Shown here one piece after another: positions 38,699-48,224 of a DNA stretch of 64,000 nt. The position numbers and the translations under genes are program-made. Positions within the stretch are counted from its first letter, which is position 1, and every line of letters starts with the position of its first letter. The stretch comes from a virus. The DNA is taken from the IMG/VR virus record IMGVR_UViG_3300008262_000047, one strand, 5' to 3'. The notes beneath the pieces were generated by a model. It made no database searches. It saw only the letters and a list, made by a program, of their open reading frames with translations, and was not told the origin of the DNA.

Positions 38699-39070
38699 AT
38701 GTTAAATGATGAAAATTTTCTATTGTATGCAATAAAACATTATAACAATCCTAGTTGTTCTGGGATGAAAGAATTTCAAGATGATGTGAAACGGTTTAAG
38801 TATATTAAACGTTTGCTACGTAAATATAACAAAACCGGAGAAATCTCAGAAAAGTTAATTCTGAATCACATCATCTTGTTGTACAATGTGTTTGGAAATT
38901 TTGTAGTGCCGTCGCTGTTCTTTAAAATTGAACATGTACATTGGCCTCAAGTTAAAACATTTTTAGTATACTTGAACTACTTGCCGGACAATTATCATAT
39001 CAATAAACAAATAAACGAAGCTGAAGTACCGCTAGACAATTTTCTTATAAATAAATTACGAAAGATATGA
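38699..39070 (+). CDS. conserved T4-like hypothetical
   Basis: NFLLYAIKHYNNP, KRFKYIKRL, LILNHII.LYNVF. Confidence 0.75.
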   Translation: MLNDENFLLYAIKHYNNPSCSGMKEFQDDVKRFKYIKRLLRKYNKTGEISEKLILNHIILLYNVFGNFVVPSLFFKIEHVHWPQVKTFLVYLNYLPDNYHINKQINEAEVPLDNFLINKLRKI

Positions 39071-39219
39071 AATCATTTAAATTGTTTATCGAAGAATTGA
39101 CGGGAGTAGCTGTCAATAATATTGCACATTCTGGGCAAACACAAATTGCCAAGTATGATCCGTTGTTAAAGTTAAAAATGTTTCGTCGTAAACCTAAAAA
39201 GACATCAAACAAAAAATAA
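39067..39219 (+). CDS. small basic protein (50 aa, not in ORF track)
   Basis: MKSFKLFIEE...; TATAAATA at 39046-39053. Confidence 0.55.
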   Translation: MKSFKLFIEELTGVAVNNIAHSGQTQIAKYDPLLKLKMFRRKPKKTSNKK

Positions 39220-39231
39220 AGGAGAAATATT

Positions 39232-39537
39232 ATGTTTTGGATTATTTTGATAAGTGGTCTTGCACTTGCAACATTCTTTGCGTGGAAAAATACAAAGTCC
39301 GCTCCTGTGTCTGGATTGAAGTTGAAGATTAAGGATGGCGCTGATAAAGCCATCTCAACTGCCAAAGACATTGCCGATGTTAACAATGACGGCAAAGTTG
39401 ATTTTGCCGATGCTGTTGCCGCCGTTAAAAATGTAGAAGCTGAAACAAAGCGTGTTGTGAAAAGTGCCAAGGCACAAGCAGGCAAGGCAAAGAAGAAGTA
39501 TGGTGGTAAGGTGAAGAAGCAAAAGCCTGAAGCCTAA
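39232..39537 (+). CDS. membrane-anchored protein with EF-hand/dockerin-like loop
   Basis: N-terminal TM; DVNNDGKVDFADA; basic tail. Confidence 0.6.
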   Translation: MFWIILISGLALATFFAWKNTKSAPVSGLKLKIKDGADKAISTAKDIADVNNDGKVDFADAVAAVKNVEAETKRVVKSAKAQAGKAKKKYGGKVKKQKPEA

Positions 39538-39543
39538 TAGGAA

Positions 39544-40032
39544 ATGGATTTAGAAACCAAGGTTGCTCTTTTGGAAAGCGATGTCAACAGAACGACATCG
39601 CTTTTTCAAAAAATGGATACCGCCATTGAGAAGATGGGGGATGTATCCAACAGTATTGCGCGAATGTTGGCTGTTCATGAAGAACGGTTAAACAAACAGG
39701 ACGATATAGACGAGGAGCTTTTCACTTTGGTGGAAAAACGCCGGCAGGAAATTCAAGGTGATATTAAAGAATTACATTCACGCATCACAACTGTTAGCCG
39801 TGAATTGTCTGATGATATCAATGAAACAGAACAACGATTAATGACTGCCATGACGTATGGAATGGCAGACATCAAGAAGTGCATCACCGAAGAAACCAAA
39901 ACTAACACAGACCTAAGCAAAGATTTGGAAAAACGCATAGGTGAATTGGAACGTTGGAAATGGTTGATGATGGGTGGTAGCATCGCCCTAGGTACCTTCG
40001 CTCACGAAATTGTCGCCAGAATAATTAAATAA
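39544..40032 (+). CDS. coiled-coil protein with C-terminal TM
   Basis: MLAVHEERL, LERWKWLMMGG. Confidence 0.65.
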   Translation: MDLETKVALLESDVNRTTSLFQKMDTAIEKMGDVSNSIARMLAVHEERLNKQDDIDEELFTLVEKRRQEIQGDIKELHSRITTVSRELSDDINETEQRLMTAMTYGMADIKKCITEETKTNTDLSKDLEKRIGELERWKWLMMGGSIALGTFAHEIVARIIK

Positions 40033-40038
40033 CACGTA

Positions 40039-40097
40039 TTGACAACCGAGACATTGTGTTATATCTTTCTGTATAGGAGGATAACGCACAATGTCTT
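40039..40097 (+). promoter_or_regulatory. early promoter overlapping an RBS-sequestering hairpin for primase
   Basis: TTGACA 40039, TATCTT 40062; GAGACATTGTG/CACAATGTCTT and ATCTTTCT/AGGAGGAT stems. Confidence 0.65.
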
Positions 40098-41107
40098 ATT
40101 TTATTGATACCAAATATTTGAACTTGATTGGACATCGGTTACCGTTGTTCAAGAAAAAGAAAACTGATTTGTGGAACTGCCGGTGCATTGTGTGTGGTGA
40201 TTCTCGCACCAATAAAAACAAGGCACGGGGTTATTTTTATCGTCAACGAAATGACTTGTACTACAAGTGTCATAATTGTTTGGCAAGCCAACACTTCGGC
40301 ACATTTCTAAAGAATATAGATAGTATACTCTACCAACAGTACGTGTTTGAACGTTATGCTACAGGTGAGAACGGGCCCAAAGCGCATACGAAAGCTGAAG
40401 AATTTGTCTATCAATATGAAAAGGTGGAGTTTAAACCTAAACCTTTAATAGAAACAGTCGCACAAAAATTATCAGAACTACCTGATGATAACGAGGCGGT
40501 CCAGTATTGCTTGACGCGCGGCATTCCGCGTAGTAAATTTACCGAGTTGTACTATATCAATTCAGTACGAAAAATACAAGTGATAGCGCCTGAATATACA
40601 AGTATCAAGACAGAAGAACCTCGCTTACTTCTTCCTTTTTATAATGAAGCAGGTGAACTCACAGGTGTAACGATGCGAGCCCTGCGCGGGGAACATCTTC
40701 GCTATATAATGATAAAGCTGAAAGATGATGAACCTTTAATTTTCGGGATGAATAATGTTAACAAAGAAATTCCCATCACAATTGTTGAAGGGCCTATTGA
40801 TAGCCTGTTTGTTGACAATTGTGTGGCGGTTGCTGGTACGGGATTCTCAAAAATTGAATCTTTGGGATTGAACAAAGAACTCATTACAATAGTGTTTGAC
40901 AATCAACCTAGAAATATTGAGGTATGTCGTCTTGTTGAAAAATATATTAACCTTAATTATAAAGTATTCATCTGGCCTTGTGGCATTCCTGAAAAGGATA
41001 TTAATGACTATGTGGCAGGCCGAGGTGAAATCCAACAACTTATTCGTGAGAACACCTACCAAGGACTCATGGCCCAACTCAAATTTACAGAATGGAGAAA
41101 CTGCTAA
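40091..41107 (+). CDS. gp61 DNA primase
   Basis: CRCIVCGDS..KARG, CHNC zinc finger, VEGPIDS, FDNQPRN, KDIND. Confidence 0.93.
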   Translation: MSYFIDTKYLNLIGHRLPLFKKKKTDLWNCRCIVCGDSRTNKNKARGYFYRQRNDLYYKCHNCLASQHFGTFLKNIDSILYQQYVFERYATGENGPKAHTKAEEFVYQYEKVEFKPKPLIETVAQKLSELPDDNEAVQYCLTRGIPRSKFTELYYINSVRKIQVIAPEYTSIKTEEPRLLLPFYNEAGELTGVTMRALRGEHLRYIMIKLKDDEPLIFGMNNVNKEIPITIVEGPIDSLFVDNCVAVAGTGFSKIESLGLNKELITIVFDNQPRNIEVCRLVEKYINLNYKVFIWPCGIPEKDINDYVAGRGEIQQLIRENTYQGLMAQLKFTEWRNC

Positions 41108-41784
41108 TGAACGTGAGACTCGTATCACACACGATTGCATGTGATGATTTTGATTTTATCGCCACGCCCACTGAGCTTGTGGCGTTTTGCGCCCGAGTGA
41201 GTAATCCCAATAATCAAAATAACACAGAGTCATCAGAAAAACTCATCAACTATCTCATCAAATATAAGCATTGGAGTCCGTTTGAGATGGTGAACATGAC
41301 ATTGGAAATTGACACAACCCGTGATATTGCACGACAAATTCTTCGGCATCGGAGTTTCACATTTCAAGAATTTTCACAGCGATATGCGTCAGTTGATTCG
41401 TTGGATATGGAACCACAGATTCGTGAGGCACGTTTACAAGATTTAAAGAATCGGCAAAATTCCATTGAAACACAAGATGAAAATTTGCAAATGTTGTGGG
41501 AGGCAAGGCAACGTGCTGTGTGGGAAACAGCCATTGAACAATATCAATGGGCTCTTGATAATGGAATTGCAAAAGAAGTTGCACGCGCTGTCCTGCCTGA
41601 AGGTCTTACAAAGTCACGTATGTATGTGAATGGCACCTTGAGAAGTTGGATTCACTATATAGATATACGTTCTGAGGCGGCAACTCAGAAAGAACACCGT
41701 GAGATTGCTGTTGCCTGTGCCAAGGCAATCGCTGAAATCTTCCCAATGATAAATAACTTTTCACACAATGAGGACGTAAAATGA
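41107..41784 (+). CDS. thyX: flavin-dependent thymidylate synthase
   Basis: HWSPFE, RHRSFTFQEFSQRY, TQKEHR. Confidence 0.95.
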   Translation: MNVRLVSHTIACDDFDFIATPTELVAFCARVSNPNNQNNTESSEKLINYLIKYKHWSPFEMVNMTLEIDTTRDIARQILRHRSFTFQEFSQRYASVDSLDMEPQIREARLQDLKNRQNSIETQDENLQMLWEARQRAVWETAIEQYQWALDNGIAKEVARAVLPEGLTKSRMYVNGTLRSWIHYIDIRSEAATQKEHREIAVACAKAIAEIFPMINNFSHNEDVK

Positions 41785-42170
41785 GAGAGCAAACTGACGT
41801 AGGAATTTTCATGGAAGCATGTGGACAAGAAGTATTACGTCAACCTAGTTTTCTAAATGCAAATCTTCCGCAAGCAGATTTGTATATGGAATTGATCCGG
41901 GAAGAATTTGAAGAATTAAAAGAAGGATATGAAAATTCTGACATCACCGAAGTGGCAGATGCATGCGGTGATTTAATCTGGGTTATTTTAGGGTTGGCGA
42001 ATAGTTTAGGAATTCCAATGCATCAAGTGTGGCATGAAATTTCTGCATCCAATATGAGTAAGACAGTAGAGGGCAAGGTTATCAAGCGCGAAGATGGCAA
42101 GATTCTCAAGCCCGATACATATTTTCCACCAAACATTCAACGAGCACTAGGACTAACTACAGATGACTAA
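41781..42170 (+). CDS. MazG-like/PRA-PH NTP pyrophosphohydrolase
   Basis: LIREEFEE, EVADACGD, SNMSK, REDGKILKP. Confidence 0.85.
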   Translation: MREQTDVGIFMEACGQEVLRQPSFLNANLPQADLYMELIREEFEELKEGYENSDITEVADACGDLIWVILGLANSLGIPMHQVWHEISASNMSKTVEGKVIKREDGKILKPDTYFPPNIQRALGLTTDD

Positions 42171-44022
42171 GATGGAATTACCCGCAAAGATTTTGTCAGA
42201 CATTACAACTTTCATGAAGTATGCAAAGTTTGACCCAACAAAGAATCGTCGTGAAAACTGGGTTGAATTGGTTGATAGAAATAAGCAAATGCACTTGGAA
42301 AAGTTTCCACAGTTGCAGGCTGAAATTGAAGCTGCCTATAAGTTTGTCTATGACAAGAAGGTGCTCCCTTCAATGCGTTCATTACAATTTGCTGGCAAGC
42401 CCATCGCCATTAATAACGCACGTTTGTATAATTGCTGTTTCTTACCAATTGACCATGTTGATGCCTTTAGTGAAGTTATGTTCCTATTGCTTTCAGGCAC
42501 AGGTGTAGGGTATTCAGTACAGCGTCATCACATTGAAAAGCTCCCAGAAATTAACAAGCCCATTAAGAATCGTCGTTATTTGATTGGTGATAGTATTGAA
42601 GGATGGGCGGATGCCATCAAGGTGCTCATGACAGCATACATGAAGGGAAAGGCCTACCCTGTATTCGACTTCAGTGATATTCGTCCCAAGGGCGCACAAC
42701 TCATTACATCAGGCGGCAAGGCACCTGGTCCAGAACCTTTAAAGGATTGCTTACATAATGTTCAGAAAATTCTTGATAGAAAAGAAAACGGCGAAAAACT
42801 TTCAACGTTGGAAGTCCACGATATTCTATGCTACATTGCTGACGCTGTTCTTGCTGGTGGAATTCGTCGTTCCGCTATGATTTCATTGTTCAACATTGAT
42901 GATGAAGAAATGTTGACATGTAAGTTTGGTAATTGGTGGGAAACAGCTCCTCAACGTGGTCGCGCCAACAATTCTGCTGTGATTGTTCGCCACATGGTGG
43001 AAGAGGAAGTGTTCATGGATTTGTGGAAGAAGATTGAAGCATCAGGCTCAGGTGAACCTGGGTTCTTCTTCACGAATGACAAGGATTGGGGCATGAACCC
43101 ATGTGCAGAAATTTCTCTCCGTCCATTCCAATTCTGTAACTTAACAACCATTCACGCAGGTGATGTTGAATCACAAAATGATTTAAATGAACGTGCCAAG
43201 GCGGCAGCATTCATTGGCACATTACAGGCAAGTTATACTGACTTTCACTATTTGAGGGATATATGGAAGAGAACAACAGAGAAGGAAGCCTTGATTGGAG
43301 TATCAATGACAGGAATTGCTTCTGGCGGAGTCCTGAAGTTAGACCTCAAGGAATCAGCCAATCTGGTGAAGGAAGAGAATCAACGTGTCGCAGCTTTAAT
43401 TGGTACGAACCCAGCGGCACGATGCACAACGGTGAAGCCTGAAGGTACATCATCCCTAGTACTAGGCACATCATCTGGCATTCATGCATGGCATAATGAA
43501 CATTACATTCGCCGTATTCGTGTGGGCAAGAATGAAAGCATCTACACCTACTTGAACATCAATCATCCTGAACTTGTGAAGGATGAATTCTTCAAGCCCA
43601 CCATTCAGGCTGTAATTGAAGTGCCTCAGAAGGCACCGGCAGGGGCAGTCACACGCCAAGAAAGTGCTCTTGATTTATTGAAGCGCGTATCTAAGGTGTG
43701 GAAGGAATGGGTGAAGCCAGGACATCGTAAGGGATCCAATAAGAATAATGTTTCAACCACTGTAACTATCAAGCCTGATGAATGGCAAGAAGTGGGTGAA
43801 TGGATGTGGGCAAATCGTGATAGTTTCACAGCTCTCTCAGTTCTTCCTCACAGCGACCATACATATATTCAAGCACCCTTTGAAGATATCACACAGGAGC
43901 AATACGAAGAAATGATTACATCACTACATGCCATTAATTTAGATGATGTTGTTGAATTAGCCGACAGTACTTCATTACAAGGTGAAGTTGCATGTGGCGG
44001 CGGCGCATGTGAGGTTGTATGA
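42163..44022 (+). CDS. nrdJ: class II (B12-dependent) ribonucleotide reductase
   Basis: PSMR, YNC, GGIRRSA, NPCAE, TTVKPEGT, C-terminal CGGGAC; no beta subunit gene. Confidence 0.9.
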   Translation: MTKMELPAKILSDITTFMKYAKFDPTKNRRENWVELVDRNKQMHLEKFPQLQAEIEAAYKFVYDKKVLPSMRSLQFAGKPIAINNARLYNCCFLPIDHVDAFSEVMFLLLSGTGVGYSVQRHHIEKLPEINKPIKNRRYLIGDSIEGWADAIKVLMTAYMKGKAYPVFDFSDIRPKGAQLITSGGKAPGPEPLKDCLHNVQKILDRKENGEKLSTLEVHDILCYIADAVLAGGIRRSAMISLFNIDDEEMLTCKFGNWWETAPQRGRANNSAVIVRHMVEEEVFMDLWKKIEASGSGEPGFFFTNDKDWGMNPCAEISLRPFQFCNLTTIHAGDVESQNDLNERAKAAAFIGTLQASYTDFHYLRDIWKRTTEKEALIGVSMTGIASGGVLKLDLKESANLVKEENQRVAALIGTNPAARCTTVKPEGTSSLVLGTSSGIHAWHNEHYIRRIRVGKNESIYTYLNINHPELVKDEFFKPTIQAVIEVPQKAPAGAVTRQESALDLLKRVSKVWKEWVKPGHRKGSNKNNVSTTVTIKPDEWQEVGEWMWANRDSFTALSVLPHSDHTYIQAPFEDITQEQYEEMITSLHAINLDDVVELADSTSLQGEVACGGGACEVV

Positions 44023-44288
44023 TTACCGTTAAGAGATTTACAGCACCTTGGTGTGCTCCGTGCAGAATGCTAGCCCCTGTGTTATCGGGGCTAGCAACTG
44101 AGTATCCTGATGTTGTGTTTGAAACTGTAGATGTTGATGCACAACCAGAAGTTGCACAGCAATATGATATTCGTTCCGTACCCACTGTTATCATTTTCAA
44201 GAATGATGAAATTGTTACTAGTATTGTGGGTGCAAACGCAAAACAACAATACGTAGATGCCATTGAAATTGTTAAAGGTGCCGCATGA
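44019..44288 (+). CDS. thioredoxin
   Basis: WCAPC, SVPT. Confidence 0.93.
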   Translation: MITVKRFTAPWCAPCRMLAPVLSGLATEYPDVVFETVDVDAQPEVAQQYDIRSVPTVIIFKNDEIVTSIVGANAKQQYVDAIEIVKGAA

Positions 44289-44962
44289 GTGACGAACCTA
44301 TTTTTAATGACAATGCCGAAGATGTCATTATAGGTAATCAAAACTATCGTGTTCGAAACATTGAAATACGAAAGCGCGGCACTACCACATGGTTCAATAG
44401 TTCAGAATTACCCATTGTCATTATTAGCCAAACAGGAACCATTACAAATTTAGGTAATACAACAACGACGGGTGTTGTGTCAGGGGCATCAGGTGTGTTC
44501 GTTGCAAACATGACATCGGCAAGTGTCATCACAGGTCCCGTTGGTTGTACAACTGTGACAGCAGCAACGTCGGTACAGGCGCCGTTAGGTATCTTTGCGT
44601 CATTGGCGGCGCCATATAAATTATTCGATATTAAACACCCAGACGCAACAAAAGAACATCAACGATTACGTCACGGTAGTTTAGAAGGTCCTGAATTGGC
44701 GGTGTATGTTCGGGGCAAGACTTCAAGTGATGTCATTGTTCTTCCTGAGTATTGGCAACATTTGGTGAATAAAGAAAGTATCACAGTACATTTAACAGCA
44801 ACACACCCTGACCAATTCTTACACGTACTACAAACCAGTGACACAGAAATTTCAGTTGGGGGAAACAATCATGTATCATATCATTATTACATTGTTGCTG
44901 AACGAAAAGATGTGCCTAAGTTAGAAGTAGAAGTTGATTCACAACACGATTACGGATTTTAA
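44285..44962 (+). CDS. hypothetical with tail-fibre-type C-terminal domain
   Basis: FDIKHP...RLRHGSLEGPE..VYVRG..LPEYW...AERKD. Confidence 0.55.
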   Translation: MSDEPIFNDNAEDVIIGNQNYRVRNIEIRKRGTTTWFNSSELPIVIISQTGTITNLGNTTTTGVVSGASGVFVANMTSASVITGPVGCTTVTAATSVQAPLGIFASLAAPYKLFDIKHPDATKEHQRLRHGSLEGPELAVYVRGKTSSDVIVLPEYWQHLVNKESITVHLTATHPDQFLHVLQTSDTEISVGGNNHVSYHYYIVAERKDVPKLEVEVDSQHDYGF

Positions 44963-44964
44963 AA

Positions 44965-45120
44965 ATGCATAAAGTTTTCTGTTGCCTTTCATGCGAGGCG
45001 GAATTTTCAATTAAGCATGACATGGATGATTATCATTACACCATTCAGTTTTGTCCATTCTGTGGTGAAACACTAGATGAAGATGAAACGTTTGAGTTTG
45101 ATGATGAGGATGAGGAATGA
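44965..45120 (+). CDS. small zinc-ribbon protein (51 aa, not in ORF track)
   Basis: CLSC...CPFC with acidic tail; ATGA overlap with next gene. Confidence 0.65.
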   Translation: MHKVFCCLSCEAEFSIKHDMDDYHYTIQFCPFCGETLDEDETFEFDDEDEE

Positions 45121-45824
45121 AGAATTTACTCACCATTGTTATCCCCTGTAAAAATGAAGAAAATTATATTGTACCTTTATTAGAAGATTTGTTACAGCAG
45201 CATGGCATTGAAGGTGTTCGTATTATTATTGCAGACGCCGACAGTACCGATGCCACTGTTCCTCTCATCAAAACCTTCAAAGATGAACTCAATGTTGAGA
45301 TTGTCAAAGGAGGTCCCGTTTCTGTAGGTAGAAATAACGGAGCAAAATTAGTCACTACACCTTACATCCTTTTCCTAGACGCCGATGTTCGCCTTTTCAA
45401 TCATCATGCTATTTCTGATGCTGTCAAATGCATCCACGAAGAAAAATTAGATTTAATAACAGCCAATATTAAAAATTATGGGAAAGATTTAAGAGCATCA
45501 TTCTTCTTTTGGGGATTCAATGTTATCAACAAGATAATGACCAAGAACACGCCATTTGCCATAGGTGCATTCTTCTTGACTCGTCGGAGTAAGTTTGAAG
45601 AACTTGAAGGGTTCCCAAACAAATACGATACATCCGAAGATTATATTCTTAGTAAGAAATATGATGCCAAGAAGTTTAAAATCATTCATCACCATTTTGG
45701 TCAAGATGAACGAAGATTCAAGAAGTTGGGTTACTGGGGTATGTTAAAATACATGGCTGTTAATTTTTGGAATAGAAATAATTTAAAGCATTTCGAAAAA
45801 GCAACAGTAAATTACTGGGACTAA
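45117..45824 (+). CDS. family 2 glycosyltransferase
   Basis: IVIPCKNE, DADSTD, GRNNG, FLDAD, SED. Confidence 0.9.
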   Translation: MKNLLTIVIPCKNEENYIVPLLEDLLQQHGIEGVRIIIADADSTDATVPLIKTFKDELNVEIVKGGPVSVGRNNGAKLVTTPYILFLDADVRLFNHHAISDAVKCIHEEKLDLITANIKNYGKDLRASFFFWGFNVINKIMTKNTPFAIGAFFLTRRSKFEELEGFPNKYDTSEDYILSKKYDAKKFKIIHHHFGQDERRFKKLGYWGMLKYMAVNFWNRNNLKHFEKATVNYWD

Positions 45825-45825
45825 C

Positions 45826-46557
45826 ATGAAACATCATAAGGCAATCATCATTTCTGACGTTCATTTGGGCACCGAAGCCTGTAAAGCCACTGAACTCCTT
45901 GAATTTTTAAATCAGAATCACACTGACATTCTGATTATCAATGGTGACTTTGTGGATGGGTGGGCGCTCGCAAAAGGATACAAGTGGCGAGCAAAACACA
46001 CTAAGGTGATATCGAAGATATTAGACATTTCCAGAAAGATACCTGTAGTTTGGATTCGAGGTAATCATGATGAATTTCTACATGAATTCATGCACATGCA
46101 TCTCGGCAAACTTCAAGTCGAAGAAAATTACATTCTTGATTTAGGTGAAGGAAAGAGATATTTCATTTTTCATGGTGACATTCTCGACGTATTCGTAGCC
46201 AAGTGGAAATGGATTGCCAAGTTAGGATCAACAGGATATGAAATTGCACTACGTATTAACACTCTGTATAACAAGTGGCGTGCCTGGCGTAACCTCCCGT
46301 ACTATTCCATCTCCAAGGACATTAAGGCAGGTGTGAAGGCAGCAGTGAATTACATCACAGACTTTGAAGTTAGTGCCACAAAACTGGCACGCCAACATAA
46401 TTGTTCAGGTGTTATCTGCGGGCATATTCACGTTCCTGAGAACAGACAAATTGATGGTATTCATTATATAAATTCAGGTGACTGGGTGGAAAACATGACT
46501 GCCATCTTGATTGATTACGATAATCACATTACAATAAAAGACTTTCAACACCTCTAA
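45826..46557 (+). CDS. LpxH-like metallophosphoesterase
   Basis: SDVHLG, GDFVDGW, GNHD, HGD, CGHIH, NSGDWVE. Confidence 0.85.
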   Translation: MKHHKAIIISDVHLGTEACKATELLEFLNQNHTDILIINGDFVDGWALAKGYKWRAKHTKVISKILDISRKIPVVWIRGNHDEFLHEFMHMHLGKLQVEENYILDLGEGKRYFIFHGDILDVFVAKWKWIAKLGSTGYEIALRINTLYNKWRAWRNLPYYSISKDIKAGVKAAVNYITDFEVSATKLARQHNCSGVICGHIHVPENRQIDGIHYINSGDWVENMTAILIDYDNHITIKDFQHL

Positions 46558-46592
46558 TAAATAGTATAGTATCTCATGATTGAGGCTAGACT

Positions 46593-46988
46593 ATGTGGTT
46601 ATATGAAAGTGTTGAATTCAATGAAGTGCCTGATGATATTATAGGATTTGTCTATCGTATCACTAACCTTAAAACAGGGCGAGAATATATTGGAAAAAAG
46701 TTATTCACTTCAGCCCGAAGAAAAGTTGTCAAAGGAAAGCGAAAGAAATTACGGGTTGAATCCGATTGGCGAGAATACTACGGAAGCAATAAAGAACTGT
46801 TACACGATGTTACTACCCATGGACACGATGCTTTCCGCCGTGAGATATTGCGTTTGTGTAAAACTAAAGGACAATGTAGTTATTTTGAAGCAAAGTTACA
46901 ATTTGAGTATGGTGTCCTAGAACATCCTGAAAAATTCTATAACACATGGATCATGTGTAGAATACATCAGAAACATTTAAAGCTATGA
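46593..46988 (+). CDS. GIY-YIG endonuclease II-like
   Basis: GFVYRITN...YIGKK, YYGS, FRREIL. Confidence 0.85.
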   Translation: MWLYESVEFNEVPDDIIGFVYRITNLKTGREYIGKKLFTSARRKVVKGKRKKLRVESDWREYYGSNKELLHDVTTHGHDAFRREILRLCKTKGQCSYFEAKLQFEYGVLEHPEKFYNTWIMCRIHQKHLKL

Positions 46989-47866
46989 TAATCATCACAT
47001 TACTCTCAGCTCTATTCATTAGTTCAGTTGCCGCGTGGTTTTCCATTGCGGGGTTGATTGCCATCTTTCCAGGTGCACCCATTGCTGTAGGTATCATGGG
47101 ATCCGCGTTGGAACTAGGAAAGTTGGTTGCTGCTTCATGGATATATCGTTTTTGGAGTAAGACAAATATCCTCATGCGAAGTTATTTCATTTCAGCCATT
47201 GTTGTGTTAAGTTTCATCACAAGCATTGGTGTGTTCGGATATCTCACCCGTGCCTATGCTGAAGGCACAGAAGGATTGGATGCCAACTCGGAACAAATTG
47301 CTTTGTTGGATGCACAAATTGCCATTGAACAAGACAACGTGAGTGTGTCACGCACCACGTTACAACAATTAGACAAAGCAGTTAGTAACTTAAATGATAG
47401 TAGTCGGGTTGAACGCGCTATTCAAGTACGTAATAGTCAACGCCGGGAACGCACAGATTTAAATTCTGTAATTGCCACAAGCAATCAAAAGATTGCTGAG
47501 TTGAAGAAGCAGAAAGCAGAATTGAATCTAGGACAAAGAAAATTGGAAACAGAAGTAGGGCCTATTAAGTATGTGGCACAGTTAGTGTATGGTGCAGATG
47601 ATACCAGTACTATTGACAAAGCAGTTCGGTTACTTGTATTGTTGTTAATCTTTGTGTTTGACCCACTGGCAATTCTCATGGTGATTGCTGCTAACATTTC
47701 TATGAAGAATAAACCATTAGAAATTACTAAAACTATTATTCCTCCTACAAAGAATTTTGCAGAAACCATCAAATCTGAATCTGCTATTAACCCCAACAAT
47801 ACCACTAAAATGGATACAGATTGGAATCCAGGTAGTTGGTTCCGTATAGTAAAGAAGCCTAAATGA
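46985..47866 (+). CDS. membrane protein with periplasmic coiled coil
   Basis: Three N-terminal TMs, LELGKLV, EVGPIKY, FVFDPLA. Confidence 0.7.
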   Translation: MIIITLLSALFISSVAAWFSIAGLIAIFPGAPIAVGIMGSALELGKLVAASWIYRFWSKTNILMRSYFISAIVVLSFITSIGVFGYLTRAYAEGTEGLDANSEQIALLDAQIAIEQDNVSVSRTTLQQLDKAVSNLNDSSRVERAIQVRNSQRRERTDLNSVIATSNQKIAELKKQKAELNLGQRKLETEVGPIKYVAQLVYGADDTSTIDKAVRLLVLLLIFVFDPLAILMVIAANISMKNKPLEITKTIIPPTKNFAETIKSESAINPNNTTKMDTDWNPGSWFRIVKKPK

Positions 47867-47868
47867 CG

Positions 47869-47931
47869 GTAAGTTGTTGATTTATAAGCACTTACAAAGG
47901 ACTTGACAAACTGCCCTCGGTGTGTTATATT
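47869..47931 (+). promoter_or_regulatory. early promoter with palindromic box
   Basis: GTAAGTTGTTGATTTATAAGCACTTAC; TTGACA 47903, 17 nt, TATATT 47926. Confidence 0.8.
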
Positions 47932-47958
47932 TAAGTATACTCTAAAAATGGAGGCAGT

Positions 47959-48222
47959 ATGAATTATCTTGATCCAGTTGTTCGTGAAGGTGTGAAGAAC
48001 ATTCTTCGTGCTTCAGTGATTGACATTACCTTCACCAAGGCGGACGGTTCTGAACGGGTGATGAAGTGCACCTTGAATGAGGAGTTTATCCCTGCCCGCG
48101 AGGAATCTGAAACTCCAACCTCAGTTCGAAAGGTTAATCCTGATGTATGTCCGGTATGGGACATGGAAAATCAGGCCTGGCGTTCGTTCCGTTGGGACTC
48201 ACTTAAAAAGATTGCCATCTAA
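47959..48222 (+). CDS. SH3/WYL-like beta-barrel protein
   Basis: ITFTKADGSERVMKCTL, VWDME..AWRSFR. Confidence 0.75.
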   Translation: MNYLDPVVREGVKNILRASVIDITFTKADGSERVMKCTLNEEFIPAREESETPTSVRKVNPDVCPVWDMENQAWRSFRWDSLKKIAI

Positions 48223-48224
48223 TT

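Noticed and set aside
22781-44022. Introns or inteins in gp43, gp41, gp61, thyX, nrdJ
   Set aside because: All continuous and of ordinary length, no intein motifs
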